A stretch of 64,000 nt of DNA from Deltaproteobacteria bacterium (lineage in GTDB: Bacteria > Myxococcota_A > UBA9160 > UBA4427). The stretch is taken from positions 342,862 through 406,861 of the forward strand of contig JADJOR010000024.1 of the NCBI GenBank assembly GCA_016713665.1, read 5' to 3'. This document shows, piece by piece, positions 28,372 to 37,113 of the stretch. Numbering within the stretch: position 1 is the stretch's first letter; each line of letters opens with the position of its first letter. A program made the position numbers and the translations under genes. The notes under the pieces are model-generated. The model saw only the letters and a list, made by a program, of their open reading frames with translations. It searched no databases and was not told the origin of the DNA.

Positions 28372-28912
28372 GGCGTCTCTCCTTCAGGCCGAAGAAGCGA
28401 GGTCCGGACCAGTGGGCGCCGGTGATCTCCTGGGCGACGGCAGAGAGGGAGGGCCAGTCGCGGTCTCGGTATCGGACGCCCTTCTCGAGGACGATCACCT
28501 CGTGGGTCGTGCCTTGCCATTCGCGCAGGAGTCGGGTCCCGGGCTTGATCTTGACGCGAGGCGGAGAAGGAGAGCGGCCTGCCTTCAGAGCGGCGGCAAC
28601 CTGATCGAGGCGGCGACGCGTCGCGCGATCGAGGCCGCCGAGGACCTTCTCCTGGATGCGGTAGGCGACGGCGTAGAGGAGGAGCTTTCGGCTGATAAAG
28701 GGCGGGCAGGGCGTCTCGTAGTGATCGGTCCAGCGCTCTCGAAGCGCTTGTCGAGAGAGCGTCTTCAGCGCTTCGAGCTTGTCGTGAAGCGCATCGGGAT
28801 GGGTCTTCGGTCGTCGTCCCACAGAACCTCCGGATTCGGGTTCCGGGGCCGGGCTCGAGGTCCGACGTTCGTCGCGGAGCGGGGGTCCCGGAGACCCCTG
28901 GTTGGCGTGCAT
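28358..28912 (-). CDS. DUF2924-family protein (recombinase-associated)
   Basis: C-terminal LREWQGTTHEVIVLEKGVRYRDRDWPSLSAVAQEITGAHWSGPRFFGL is typical of DUF2924. Overlaps the recombinase start by 14 nt. Confidence 0.75.
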   Translation of the reverse strand: MHANQGSPGPPLRDERRTSSPAPEPESGGSVGRRPKTHPDALHDKLEALKTLSRQALRERWTDHYETPCPPFISRKLLLYAVAYRIQEKVLGGLDRATRRRLDQVAAALKAGRSPSPPRVKIKPGTRLLREWQGTTHEVIVLEKGVRYRDRDWPSLSAVAQEITGAHWSGPRFFGLKERRRGQA

Positions 28913-29083
28913 GGGCGGGTGGGCCGCCTATCGCATGGACGCTCTCGATGGGCGGACAGTCAAGCGAAGGACGCCTTTGGGACGAATGCTCAGGGCCCAT
29001 TCGCCCGGCATTCGCGAGGAACGCGAGGCGGTCAGGCGGTCCATTCGACCGAGGGCCTGCGCGGGATGTTGCCAGCCCGCCCC

Positions 29084-30604
29084 TCACGTTCTCAGTTTCC
29101 GGTCGCACCGGTGTCGCTCGACCCGTGGATCGCCCGTTCGCTCGGCGGTGCGGCATCGAATCGAGATCGCCTCGCAGCAATCGACTCTGCCCCCGCTCAG
29201 CCGACGCGGATCGTCGGCTCTGCGGCCCCAGACCAGAAACTGCGAAAGGCTGTCGATCTGATCGTCGAATCGCCCGTCCGGGAACGCGAGGATCTCGGCG
29301 ATGAAATCCTTCCTGCCAAGCTGGCGGACTCGGGAAGCAACACGCACCCCTTCGATCAGGTCGGTCTGCCCCTCGAGCCGCACCATCTTCTCCCGTTCCG
29401 GCCGGATCGCCACCGGACGGATTATCCCCGCTGCGATTGAGGTCCTGGATCAGCGGGTCCCTGTCCCCGCGTCCTCGATCAAGACTTTCCTGGGCCGAAA
29501 GTGATTCGAGTGCGCCAGGACCCTTCGCCGGAGGTCCGGGTACTCGAGTCGGGCGCGCAGGACGTCGAGCAGGTAGATTCGTTCCGCGCACTGAGCCACG
29601 TCGTGCAAACCGAATAATCGTTGTTCGCGATCGGTCTTCGAGGCGATGTCCCAGCTCTGAACGATTTGATCCCCGCTCTCACTCGCCGGCGGCCGCGAGA
29701 ACGCCCGAAACCATTCTCCCTGGATGACCGCGCCCCCCGGGGGGACAGGCGGCTGCTGGTACTGGGCCGAGAAGGTCAGACTCGACTCCTGGAGGCCTTC
29801 ACCTGGTCGAGCGCGCCCTCGGCTCGCGCGCCGGGTGCAGGACCTCCCCGATCGCGCGGCGATAGACAGCCCATGGCCCAGGTCGATCGCCTGCGGGCTC
29901 TTCCGCGATCGCCGGGAGGTTCAAGATCCGCCAAGACGGGTCCCGTTCGAGGACATGGCCGACGAGGTCGTCGCAGTGGAGGCGCTGCATCACGATCACG
30001 ATCGAGTCCTCGGTCTTCTGGTCGAGACGCGAGGAGAGGGTCGAGTCGTACCAGCCATTGACCGCCGATCGCCTCGTCTCCGACATGGCATCGTCGGGCT
30101 TCAGTGGGATCATCGATGATGATGAAATCGCCGCCCCGGCCTGTCAGCGTACCGCCCACCGAGGTTCCCAGGCGATAGCCGCGGGCTGTCGTTTCAAACT
30201 CGACCTCGGTGTTCTTACGCTTAGCTGAGCCGTGTTCTTGGGAAGAGCCTCCTTGATACCAGGGGCTCTCCATCACGAGACGGCAGTCCCGCGCGTGCTT
30301 TGGAAGTCAGATCTTGCGAATAGCTGACGGCGATGAGTCGCGCGCAGGGGTTGTGGCCGAGAACGAAGGCCGGGAAGGCGACCGACGCGCAGATCGATTT
30401 GAGGCTCCGAGGCGGGAGCGTGATGATGAGGCGCCGGATCTCGCCCCGCACCACCTGGTCGAGCCGGTAGGCGATGGCTTCGAGGTGCCAGTTCGGCAGG
30501 AACGACGGACCGGGCGAGACGGTGTGGAAGCATCGCTCGACGAAGGCTACGAAATCATGCCGGAGAATCGCCCGGACAACGGCGCGCTCGTCCTCCCGCT
30601 TCAC
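29084..30604 (-). pseudogene. phage terminase large subunit, multiply frameshifted
   Basis: Terminase-like segments lie in different frames. They are: FLPNWHLEAIAYRLDQVVRGEIRRLIITLPPRSLKS (30221..30604); KHARDCRLVMESPWYQ / RRLFPRTRLS / AKRKNTEVEFETTARGYRLGTSVGGTLTGRGGDFIIIDDP; LKPDDAMSETRRSAVNGWYDSTLSSRLDQKTEDSIVIVMQRLHCDDLVGH (29799..30113); NDYSVCTTW; and the C-terminal FIAEILAFPDGRFDDQIDSLSQFLVW (29084..29413). Confidence 0.75.
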
Positions 30605-31053
30605 TACGTCGGCTCCTTCTCATCTCCCGGCTGGACCTCCGACACACGATTCGCTTGGCGACGCTGCATCCGCTCGACGTAATGGTTCAGGATCGCCTGC
30701 TCATCGGGGCCGAGAACATCCTCGAGCTCGGACGCGCCCTCGCCGGTTTCGAGTAGGCGCAGGGTCAGCGAGGCGAGAAGCGACGATGCTCGAGCGTCGC
30801 CTTTGATGGCGCGGTTCGTCAGGGCTTTCACCATCGCGCGCTGCTTGCTGATCCGCCGGGATCGGTCTCCCTCGCGAATGTCGATCGTCTCGGCAAGCTC
30901 CTCGCGCAGGTCGGTCTTGAGGTTCTTCGTTCCCTTGGGTCTGCCCTTCGGGTTCCCCGATCGGCCCGGCTTGAACTGGGTGTGCTTGGGTGGCTTGCCG
31001 TAGCCGACCTCGAAATCCTCGCCGGGTCGCTGCTTCGATTTCGCATCCGACAT
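30604..31053 (-). CDS. DUF5681-like protein (often found upstream of terminase)
   Basis: 149 aa. N-terminus GYGKPPKHTQFKPGRSGNPKGRPKGTKN is typical of the family. Its stop overlaps the terminase GTG (TAGTG). Confidence 0.7.
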   Translation of the reverse strand: MSDAKSKQRPGEDFEVGYGKPPKHTQFKPGRSGNPKGRPKGTKNLKTDLREELAETIDIREGDRSRRISKQRAMVKALTNRAIKGDARASSLLASLTLRLLETGEGASELEDVLGPDEQAILNHYVERMQRRQANRVSEVQPGDEKEPT

Positions 31054-31161
31054 GATCAGCCCTCCTCGGCGGCGTTCGCCTTCGATTCCTGTCGGGAACG
31101 GCAGGACCTGGCGCGGCGCGCGCCTCCTCGAGAGGGGAGTCGCGGGCTCGTCATCCGCTGG

Positions 31162-32481
31162 TCATTGAAGGGTTGCCCCGTCTCGACGTGAGTCGCCTTC
31201 GAGGCCTGCGTGCTCGGCCATCCGGCGGATCGCGGCGTCGACGTAGCGAGGCTCGAGCTCGAGCCCGTACCCGATGCGACCGGTCCGCTCCGCGGCGAGC
31301 AGCGTCGTCCCCGAGCCGGCAAACCCGTCGAGGACGACGTCTCCTCGCCGGGAGCAGTCGAGGATCGCGTCGGCGACGAGCCGAACGGGTTTCACCGTCG
31401 GGTGCATGGCCAGCGCCTTGTCGCGATCGGTGCCGAACGTGTTCACGCCGGCGTAGCGCCAGACATTGCTGCGATACCGCCCGTGGCGACCCAGCTCGAC
31501 ATTGTTCACGTGCGGGGCCGTTCCGACCTTGAAGACGTAGACGAGCTCGTGTTGCGAGCGGTAAAGAGAGCCCATCCCGGCGTTCGTCTTGACCCAGACG
31601 CAGAGGTTCTTGCACTCGCTGTAGACCGAGCTGCTCGCTGCGAGCAGCTCCCGCGAGTGCCGCCAGTCCATGCAGACGAAGTGGAGGGCGCCGTCCCGGC
31701 TGTGGGCGGCATGGTGCCCAAGAGCCTTTTCCAGGAAGGCCGTGAACTCCGCCTCGCTCATCTCGCCGCTCGCCATCACGAACTCGGCGTGCCGGGCACG
31801 ACCCAGGCCGGACACGTGCCCGGCGATCCGCACGTTATAGGGAGGGTCGACGAAGACGAATGCCGCCTGCTTGCCCTCGAGCAGCTGGGCATACGCATCG
31901 CCGTCGAGGGCATCCCCGCAGAGAAGCCGGTGCGGACCGATCTTCCAAAGATCGCCCGGCCGTGAGACCACCGGAGCGTTCGGATCGAACCCGGTCGAGG
32001 CGTCGGCGGGGTCCGACTCGACGCCCTCCGCGCCGCCGCCGATCCAGAGATCGATCTCGGCGGTCTCGAAGCCGATCACCTCCAGGTCGAAGTCGAGGTC
32101 CATCTCGGTCAGGCCCTGCAGCTCGATCGCGAGCAGATCCTTGTCCCAGCCGGCAAGCTCGGCGAGGCGGTTGTCGGCGATCACGAGGGCGCGGACCTGG
32201 GCCTCGGAAAGGTGCTCGAGCTGGAGGGTCGGGACCGTCTCCATCCCGAGCTGCTTCGCGGCGCGAACTCGGCCGTGGCCGGCGATGATCGTGCCGCCTG
32301 CGTCGATCAGGATCGGGTTCGTGAACCCGAAGGTCTCGATCGACTTAGCAATCTGGCGGATCTGCTTTTCGCTGTGCGTTCGTGGGTTGCCGCGGCGCAG
32401 AGCGAGCGAAGAGATCAGCCGTTGCTGGATCTGAAGGTTCTGGAGTCCTGAGAGACGCGTAGACGGGTCATGTTTTTCCAT
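31162..32481 (-). CDS. ParB-like nuclease domain fused to N6/N4 DNA methyltransferase (beta-class order)
   Basis: 439 aa. N-terminal ParB-like region NPRTHSEKQIRQIAKSIETFGFTNPILID...GHGRVRAA, then DPPYN (motif IV) before DGFAGSGTT (motif I). Confidence 0.9.
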   Translation of the reverse strand: MEKHDPSTRLSGLQNLQIQQRLISSLALRRGNPRTHSEKQIRQIAKSIETFGFTNPILIDAGGTIIAGHGRVRAAKQLGMETVPTLQLEHLSEAQVRALVIADNRLAELAGWDKDLLAIELQGLTEMDLDFDLEVIGFETAEIDLWIGGGAEGVESDPADASTGFDPNAPVVSRPGDLWKIGPHRLLCGDALDGDAYAQLLEGKQAAFVFVDPPYNVRIAGHVSGLGRARHAEFVMASGEMSEAEFTAFLEKALGHHAAHSRDGALHFVCMDWRHSRELLAASSSVYSECKNLCVWVKTNAGMGSLYRSQHELVYVFKVGTAPHVNNVELGRHGRYRSNVWRYAGVNTFGTDRDKALAMHPTVKPVRLVADAILDCSRRGDVVLDGFAGSGTTLLAAERTGRIGYGLELEPRYVDAAIRRMAEHAGLEGDSRRDGATLQ

Positions 32482-32553
32482 GACCTCGATTTCATCGTAT
32501 GAAGCCGATTTCAGAGAGTGGCGAGAATCATGCAGGGACGAGGCGCCAATGGA

Positions 32554-33264
32554 CTACGGCCCCGCCGCTCCCTCTTCCCGGCTTCCTTCATGGATCAGCC
32601 GGGCTGCGTAGTGGCCGTTGAACTCCGGATCGATCAGCTTGCCCGCCGCGTCGACGAAATCCCCGAAGGGGTCTCGCTCGCGTCCCAAAGCATTCTGCCT
32701 GGATGTGCCTCGACCCGTGAACTCGGTCCAGATCTGGAAGAGGCTAAAGGCGAATCGGCGAGCGGGAACATCCGCCGGGGCTCCGCGCCCGTCCTCTGCA
32801 CGGATCTCCTCGCGGAGAGCCGCGATGGCCGCCAAAACCGTCTGCGCAATGCCCTCGAGCGGCTCGGACTCTCGCTCAATGGCGGTGATGAGATCATGAA
32901 TTCGGCGAGGCCGAAGCTGCCACTGCAAGCGACGGCGAAGCACGGGATTCGACGTTTGAAGGGACTCGAGGGCATCGAGCGCCCGATGATGGTCCGCCTC
33001 GATCTCCTTCGACCGGAAGACCGTCTCCAGGTTCTTTAAATCTTGCAGGTCGCTGCGGATGGGCTTCGCCTTGGCTGTTCTCGAGCGCGCCGTCTTGAGG
33101 TCTTCGAGCCGATTGTAGATTTGATCGCGGGCTGCACTGGCTCTTTCCGGATCGGTGATCTCCAGCATCGCGACGACAGTGGTGAGTTCGGCTTCGTCGA
33201 CCTCAATCCCCTCGACGTAGCCGCCCAGAGATACGGTATCGAGACTTCTCGGCATGGCGGTCAC
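32554..33264 (-). CDS. hypothetical protein
   Basis: 236-aa ORF with protein-like composition, co-oriented with the prophage-like module. No motif recognised. Confidence 0.55.
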   Translation of the reverse strand: MTAMPRSLDTVSLGGYVEGIEVDEAELTTVVAMLEITDPERASAARDQIYNRLEDLKTARSRTAKAKPIRSDLQDLKNLETVFRSKEIEADHHRALDALESLQTSNPVLRRRLQWQLRPRRIHDLITAIERESEPLEGIAQTVLAAIAALREEIRAEDGRGAPADVPARRFAFSLFQIWTEFTGRGTSRQNALGRERDPFGDFVDAAGKLIDPEFNGHYAARLIHEGSREEGAAGP

Positions 33265-33349
33265 TCCATTGAAATCGCCTCTGAGTCCAAGAGGATACGT
33301 CGCCGCGAGCGATCGGAGGGTTTCACTGCCGCCGCCGCCGCGACCGCCT

Positions 33350-33530
33350 ACGCGCTACCCAATGATGGCGAACAAGGGCTCCCCGTTCCGATCACTCGCC
33401 CAGTTCAAGAATTACGAGACGCTGTCGACCTGATCATCGAAGCGCCCATTCGGCAACGCAAGTATCTCGAGAAGGAGGTCCTCGAGCCACGCCGGGAGCC
33501 ACACCCGCCGACCTTTCAAGTGCGCCGTGG
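33350..33530 (-). pseudogene. second terminase large-subunit C-terminal fragment
   Basis: The minus strand reads HLKGRRVWLPAWLEDLLLEILALPNGRFDDQVDSVS-stop(TAA 33412-33414)-FLNWASDRNGEPLF. This parallels FIAEILAFPDGRFDDQIDSLSQFLVW at 29.2-29.3 kb. Confidence 0.55.
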
Positions 33531-33785
33531 CGGCCCCCATCCGACTCGCTCGCGAGATTGCCGCCCCCGGATCCGTGCCGTTTCCGGCTGGCGACGAGAT
33601 CGAGTATCGCCCCCGTGTACCCTCGGTACCCCGTGCCGGCCGTTCCGACTGAGTCGCCGACGCAGCGACCGGGCGGGCGCCCCCCCGACCCGGCGATCGC
33701 ACAGCTACTCGCTTCCCAGGCTGAATCGGCTCGAACCGGCCCGTCCGGTTCCATTGGGTGGCAAATTGTCCCTGACATCCCGTTT

Positions 33786-33795
33786 CGGGATATCC
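33786..33795. promoter_or_regulatory. CGGGATATCC motif, copy 1 (candidate operator for the XRE repressor)
   Basis: The exact 10-mer recurs at 34072-34081, with a 9/10 copy at 34087-34095. The core GGATATCC is palindromic. It lies 44 nt upstream of ATG 33839. Confidence 0.4.
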
Positions 33796-33838
33796 AGAAT
33801 TGGGTTTCATGCTCGGGGCTCCTTTCGGGGAGCCGGGA

Positions 33839-34063
33839 ATGCGAGGGGCCCTTCACACACAGCGCTACCGGCGCTTTCTCGATCGGCTGAAAAATGCCCG
33901 GGTCGAGGCGGGGCTTACGCAGGCTGAGGCCGCCGCCAAGCTCAAGAAGCCCCAGTCCTTCGTCTCGAAATGCGAGGCCGGCGAGCGACGGGTCGACGTC
34001 ATCGAGCTCGAAGACTTCGCGAAAGCCTACGGGCGGCCCATTCTCTTCTTCTTTCGCTCCTGA
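33839..34063 (+). CDS. XRE-family helix-turn-helix regulator (phage-repressor-like)
   Basis: Core LKNARVEAGLTQAEAAAKLKKPQSFVSKCEAGERRVDVIELEDFAKAY. The alternative upstream start at 33800 cannot be excluded. Confidence 0.75.
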   Translation: MRGALHTQRYRRFLDRLKNARVEAGLTQAEAAAKLKKPQSFVSKCEAGERRVDVIELEDFAKAYGRPILFFFRS

Positions 34064-34071
34064 TTCTATTC

Positions 34072-34095
34072 CGGGATATCCCATAACGGGATATG
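34072..34095. promoter_or_regulatory. CGGGATATCC(C) and CGGGATATG motif copies 2 and 3
   Basis: Read directly. They lie immediately downstream of the XRE gene stop. Confidence 0.35.
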
Positions 34096-34288
34096 TGTGT
34101 AGCCGACCGCCGATCTTCGCGGAGGCTACCGGTGCAGCGTCATTTTCATCGGCTGATCCCACCCCACCCAATCTGCTGCTGCCCGCCCTTCGCGGCACTC
34201 GGTCCTTGCCGAGTCCCTGCGAGATCGCTGGCCGGCCTTGCCAGCATGACCGCCCGATCGCTCCCCGCGCCATCGGAGCGCGTGCGCG

Positions 34289-35026
34289 GTGGATGAGTAC
34301 GGGATTCACCCGTCGCTCGAGCTGCGACGGCTTTTCGCGAGTCAAGCCATTCCGAGCCAGGGTCAATCCATTGGGTGCGCCCGCGTCGTCTTCGTCGGGC
34401 TCGACGCGAATTACTCGGCCCAACTGCTCGACTACCCCGAATTCTTCGAACGGATACTGGAGTACCACCAGGACGGCGTCGCGTTCTGGAAAAGGCACGC
34501 GGTTCATCATCCGTTTCTGCTCGCGGAATATCCGCTCTCCCGAGATCGAGGTGGCGTCCCCTACCATCGCCGGTTCAGCCAGATGGGTCTGTCGCCGGAG
34601 TTCGCCGAGCAAGTCTCTTTCGTCGAGCTATTGAATGTCCCGACTACGGGAAGAACGATGGAGTCCGTGTTCTGGGATCTATTCGATCCAGGCTACGCGC
34701 AGCGACTCGTAGACCTGCTGACGGACGGATCCAGGCGGCTGGTCGTCCTGTCCGGCAGTGTTCATCGAACGCTCAGCGCGGCAGCCCGGCGCACCGCGCT
34801 GCGAGTTCCGCGGCTGGATCTGCCTCGCGTTGGCAGCGAGCAGCGAATCGGGGAAAGTCGAATCGTCCAGTGGAGGCATTTTTCGAGCGCGATCAGTCAA
34901 CGAGAGCTGGTCGGCATGGGCGATGAGATTCGGGCGTTCGGCGATGCGGTTTCGGAAGATCCCGCAGTCTTGAGTTCGACAGCGTCATCCAGCGGCTCGA
35001 GTCAGCCCGACTCGCCGCTTCCGTAA
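34289..35026 (+). CDS. hypothetical protein
   Basis: 245-aa ORF with reasonable composition. No family recognised. Confidence 0.5.
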   Translation: MDEYGIHPSLELRRLFASQAIPSQGQSIGCARVVFVGLDANYSAQLLDYPEFFERILEYHQDGVAFWKRHAVHHPFLLAEYPLSRDRGGVPYHRRFSQMGLSPEFAEQVSFVELLNVPTTGRTMESVFWDLFDPGYAQRLVDLLTDGSRRLVVLSGSVHRTLSAAARRTALRVPRLDLPRVGSEQRIGESRIVQWRHFSSAISQRELVGMGDEIRAFGDAVSEDPAVLSSTASSSGSSQPDSPLP

Positions 35027-35059
35027 TCCGGAAAGACTTCTCGTGGTCGACGAGGTCAG

Positions 35060-35253
35060 CATCTACCCGACGACGCGCCAGGAGGCGATCCTGTTCTTTC
35101 GGATTGCTGCGTACCGCTACGGACGGGGCTCGATCCAAATCACGACGAGAAAGGGGTTTCGAGTGGCCGGCAGTGCTGGCCGGCCGCGAAGTGTTGGCGA
35201 CGGCGATTCTCGACCCGCTGCTCAACCAAAGCCAGACCCTTGGCGCGGCCTAA
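35060..35253 (+). pseudogene. IS21-type IstB helper ATPase, C-terminal fragment with frameshift
   Basis: EAILFFRIAAYRYGRGSIQITTRKGF, then in another frame EWPAVLAGREVLATAILDPLLNQSQTL, then stop TAA at 35251-35253. Compare the IstB consensus ...RYERGSIILTSN..F.EW...F.D...A.AILDRLLHH. Confidence 0.5.
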
Positions 35254-35507
35254 TGCGATATCTGGCGCTCTTCGCGATCGACCTGACGACGCGGCGAATC
35301 GTCATTGCAGGAATGTCGCCTTCGCCCGACGGCCACTGTGTGGATCAGCTCGCTCGAAACCTCACCGATGGCGACCAAGGCTTCCTCGCGGGTAGTCGGT
35401 ATTTGATTCACGATCGCGATCCGTTGTTCACGAATTCGTTCGAAGTGATTCCTCGAGAGTGCAGGCGTCGAGCCAGTTCGCCTCGCCATTATTCGATACC
35501 AAGTTGA
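35253..35507 (+). pseudogene. rve (DDE integrase-core) transposase internal fragment
   Basis: MRYLALFAIDLTTRRIVIAGMSPSPDGHCVDQLARNLTDGDQGFLAGSRYLIHDRDPLFTNSF resembles the catalytic core of the rve family. It is truncated at both ends. Confidence 0.5.
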
Positions 35508-35554
35508 TTTTGCTGAGTTTTCCTGCGCATTCGGGCTGAGGCTATTGTCGCCGG

Positions 35555-36599
35555 ATGCCCTTCAATCTCTCCGCAGTTCTCTCCATTGCCGCTGCTGTTC
35601 TCAGGGACCGTGCCGATCTCGTCGCCGAGAATGGGGCATTGCGCCACCAACTTTCATGCTTAATACATCGAGGGCGTAGACCCAGGCTCCGTCCCGTCGA
35701 TCGCTTCTTCTGGGTTCTGTTGTCTCGCTTCTGGAGTGGCTGGAGGGAAAGTCTGGCGATGGTGAAGCCAGCCACCGTCTTGGCCTGGCATCGCAAGGGC
35801 TTCAAACTCTATCAGGCGGTGGAAGAGTCGGAAGCGCGGTCTCGGGCGACCTCGAATCCCCGTAGAAGTTCGAAAGCTGATCATCCAGATGGCAGGAATG
35901 AATGTTGGTTGGGGCGCTCCACGAGTTCACGGCGAGTTGCTCAGGCTGGGCATTGAAATATCGGAGATCTCCGTTTCACGCTATATGCCCAAGCGCCCCG
36001 CGCCAGCGGGCTCCCGACAGCGATGGGTAACGTTTTTGCAAAATCACTTGCACGAGATTCTTGCAGTCGATCTCGCCATCGTGCCTACGGCGACGTTTGG
36101 CATTCCCTACGTGTTCTTCGTCCTGAGCCTCGACCGGCGGCGAGTCCTTCATTTCAACGTGACCCCACACCCAACTGCGGATTGGACGGCCCAACAAGTA
36201 GTAGAAGCCTGCGCGTTCGATTCGCCCGGTCGTTTTCGGATTCGCGACAATGACAAGATTTACGGGATGAAATTTCGCAGTCGGGTCGATGGGCTCGGAC
36301 TCAAGCAGATACGCACAGCTTTTCGGTCTCCATGGCAGAACGGTTTTGCCGAAAGATGGATTGGCAGCCTACGAAGAGATTGCCTGGACCATGTAATCGC
36401 GATCAATGAGCGCCAGCTTCGGCGTGTGATCCGGTCGTACGTTGACTACTACCACGCGGATCGAACCCACCTCGGACTAGAAAAGGACGCTCCTGAAAAG
36501 CGACCGATCGAACCCCGAAAAATCGGAGCGGTCGTCGCATATTCACGGGTCGGCGGGCTTCATCATCGCTATACGCGCGAACTTCGGAGAGCTGCCTAG
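35555..36599 (+). mobile_element. rve-domain (DDE) transposase gene with one frameshift (~35810-35816)
   Basis: ORF 35555..35956 (…DRADLVAENGALRHQLSCL...VKPATVLAWHRKGFKLY) continues in the next frame as RRWKSRKRGLGRPRIPVEVRKLIIQMAGMNVGWGAPRVHGELLRLGIEISE..., which is ORF 35889..36599 (…RIRDNDKIYG...SPWQNGFAERWIGSLRRDCLDHV). One extra G sits in TATCAGGCGGTGG. Confidence 0.75.
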
Positions 36600-36672
36600 G
36601 GCGAGTATGGATTAATGACGATGGACAGGATCGCCGACTCCTCATCGAATAGCTCGACCCTCGTACGTGACG

Positions 36673-37113
36673 TCATTCGTCCGGCTTCCCCTCTCCGATC
36701 CGGAACGCGATGACAACGAAGTCACCCGGTGGCAGGTCGACGAGTTCGGCCCGTACCCGCGCTCCGACCTCGACATGCTGCGGATCGACGTCGAGGAGCC
36801 GGCCCACGAGACGGAGGCCGGGCTGCTCGTCCAGCTCGACCATTCCCACAATATAGGGGACCGCGTCCAGATAGCCGGGGACGGCCGCGTGGCGCACGAC
36901 GATGAAGCTGCGCAGGCTCCCTGTCCCCGCGATGGGATCGAAGCGGGTTTCGGCCGCGCAGGCACGGCAGCGCTCGAGGGGTGGGTGGTGCCACAGGCCA
37001 CAGTCGCTGCACCGGCACAACTTGATGCGTCCGGACGCCGTCGCGCTCCAGAAGCCCTCGCTGTCGGGGTCCGGCCGAGGCTGAGGCGGGAGCTGGGCCG
37101 CGTCGACGCTCAT
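36673..37113 (-). CDS. DUF35 OB-fold/zinc-ribbon protein (thiolase partner)
   Basis: Zn-ribbon CSDCGLWHHPPLERCRAC. ATGA overlap with the upstream thiolase-like gene. Confidence 0.85.
   Translation of the reverse strand: MSVDAAQLPPQPRPDPDSEGFWSATASGRIKLCRCSDCGLWHHPPLERCRACAAETRFDPIAGTGSLRSFIVVRHAAVPGYLDAVPYIVGMVELDEQPGLRLVGRLLDVDPQHVEVGARVRAELVDLPPGDFVVIAFRIGEGKPDE

Larger units (their letters stand above)
20187..36599. mobile_element. tRNA-Ser-adjacent genomic island: TA module, defence-like cassette, serine recombinase, prophage remnant, IS debris. Right boundary not defined.
   Basis: Gene content and base composition change abruptly immediately 3' of the tRNA. Mobility genes and many pseudogenes are present. 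No att direct repeat was found by eye. Confidence 0.6.

Noticed and set aside
34289-35026. Possible uracil-DNA-glycosylase-superfamily assignment for the 245-aa hypothetical protein
   Set aside because: Only a vague resemblance (VVFVGLDANY, HHPF). The defining UDG motifs could not be matched by eye, so it is kept as hypothetical.
35800-35820. Programmed -1/+1 ribosomal frameshifting in the rve transposase at 35555..36599
   Set aside because: There is no slippery heptamer at the switch (…AAACTCTATCAGGCGGTGG…). Related transposases of this type, including the sequence logic of the second copy, are single ORFs. An extra G is the simpler explanation.
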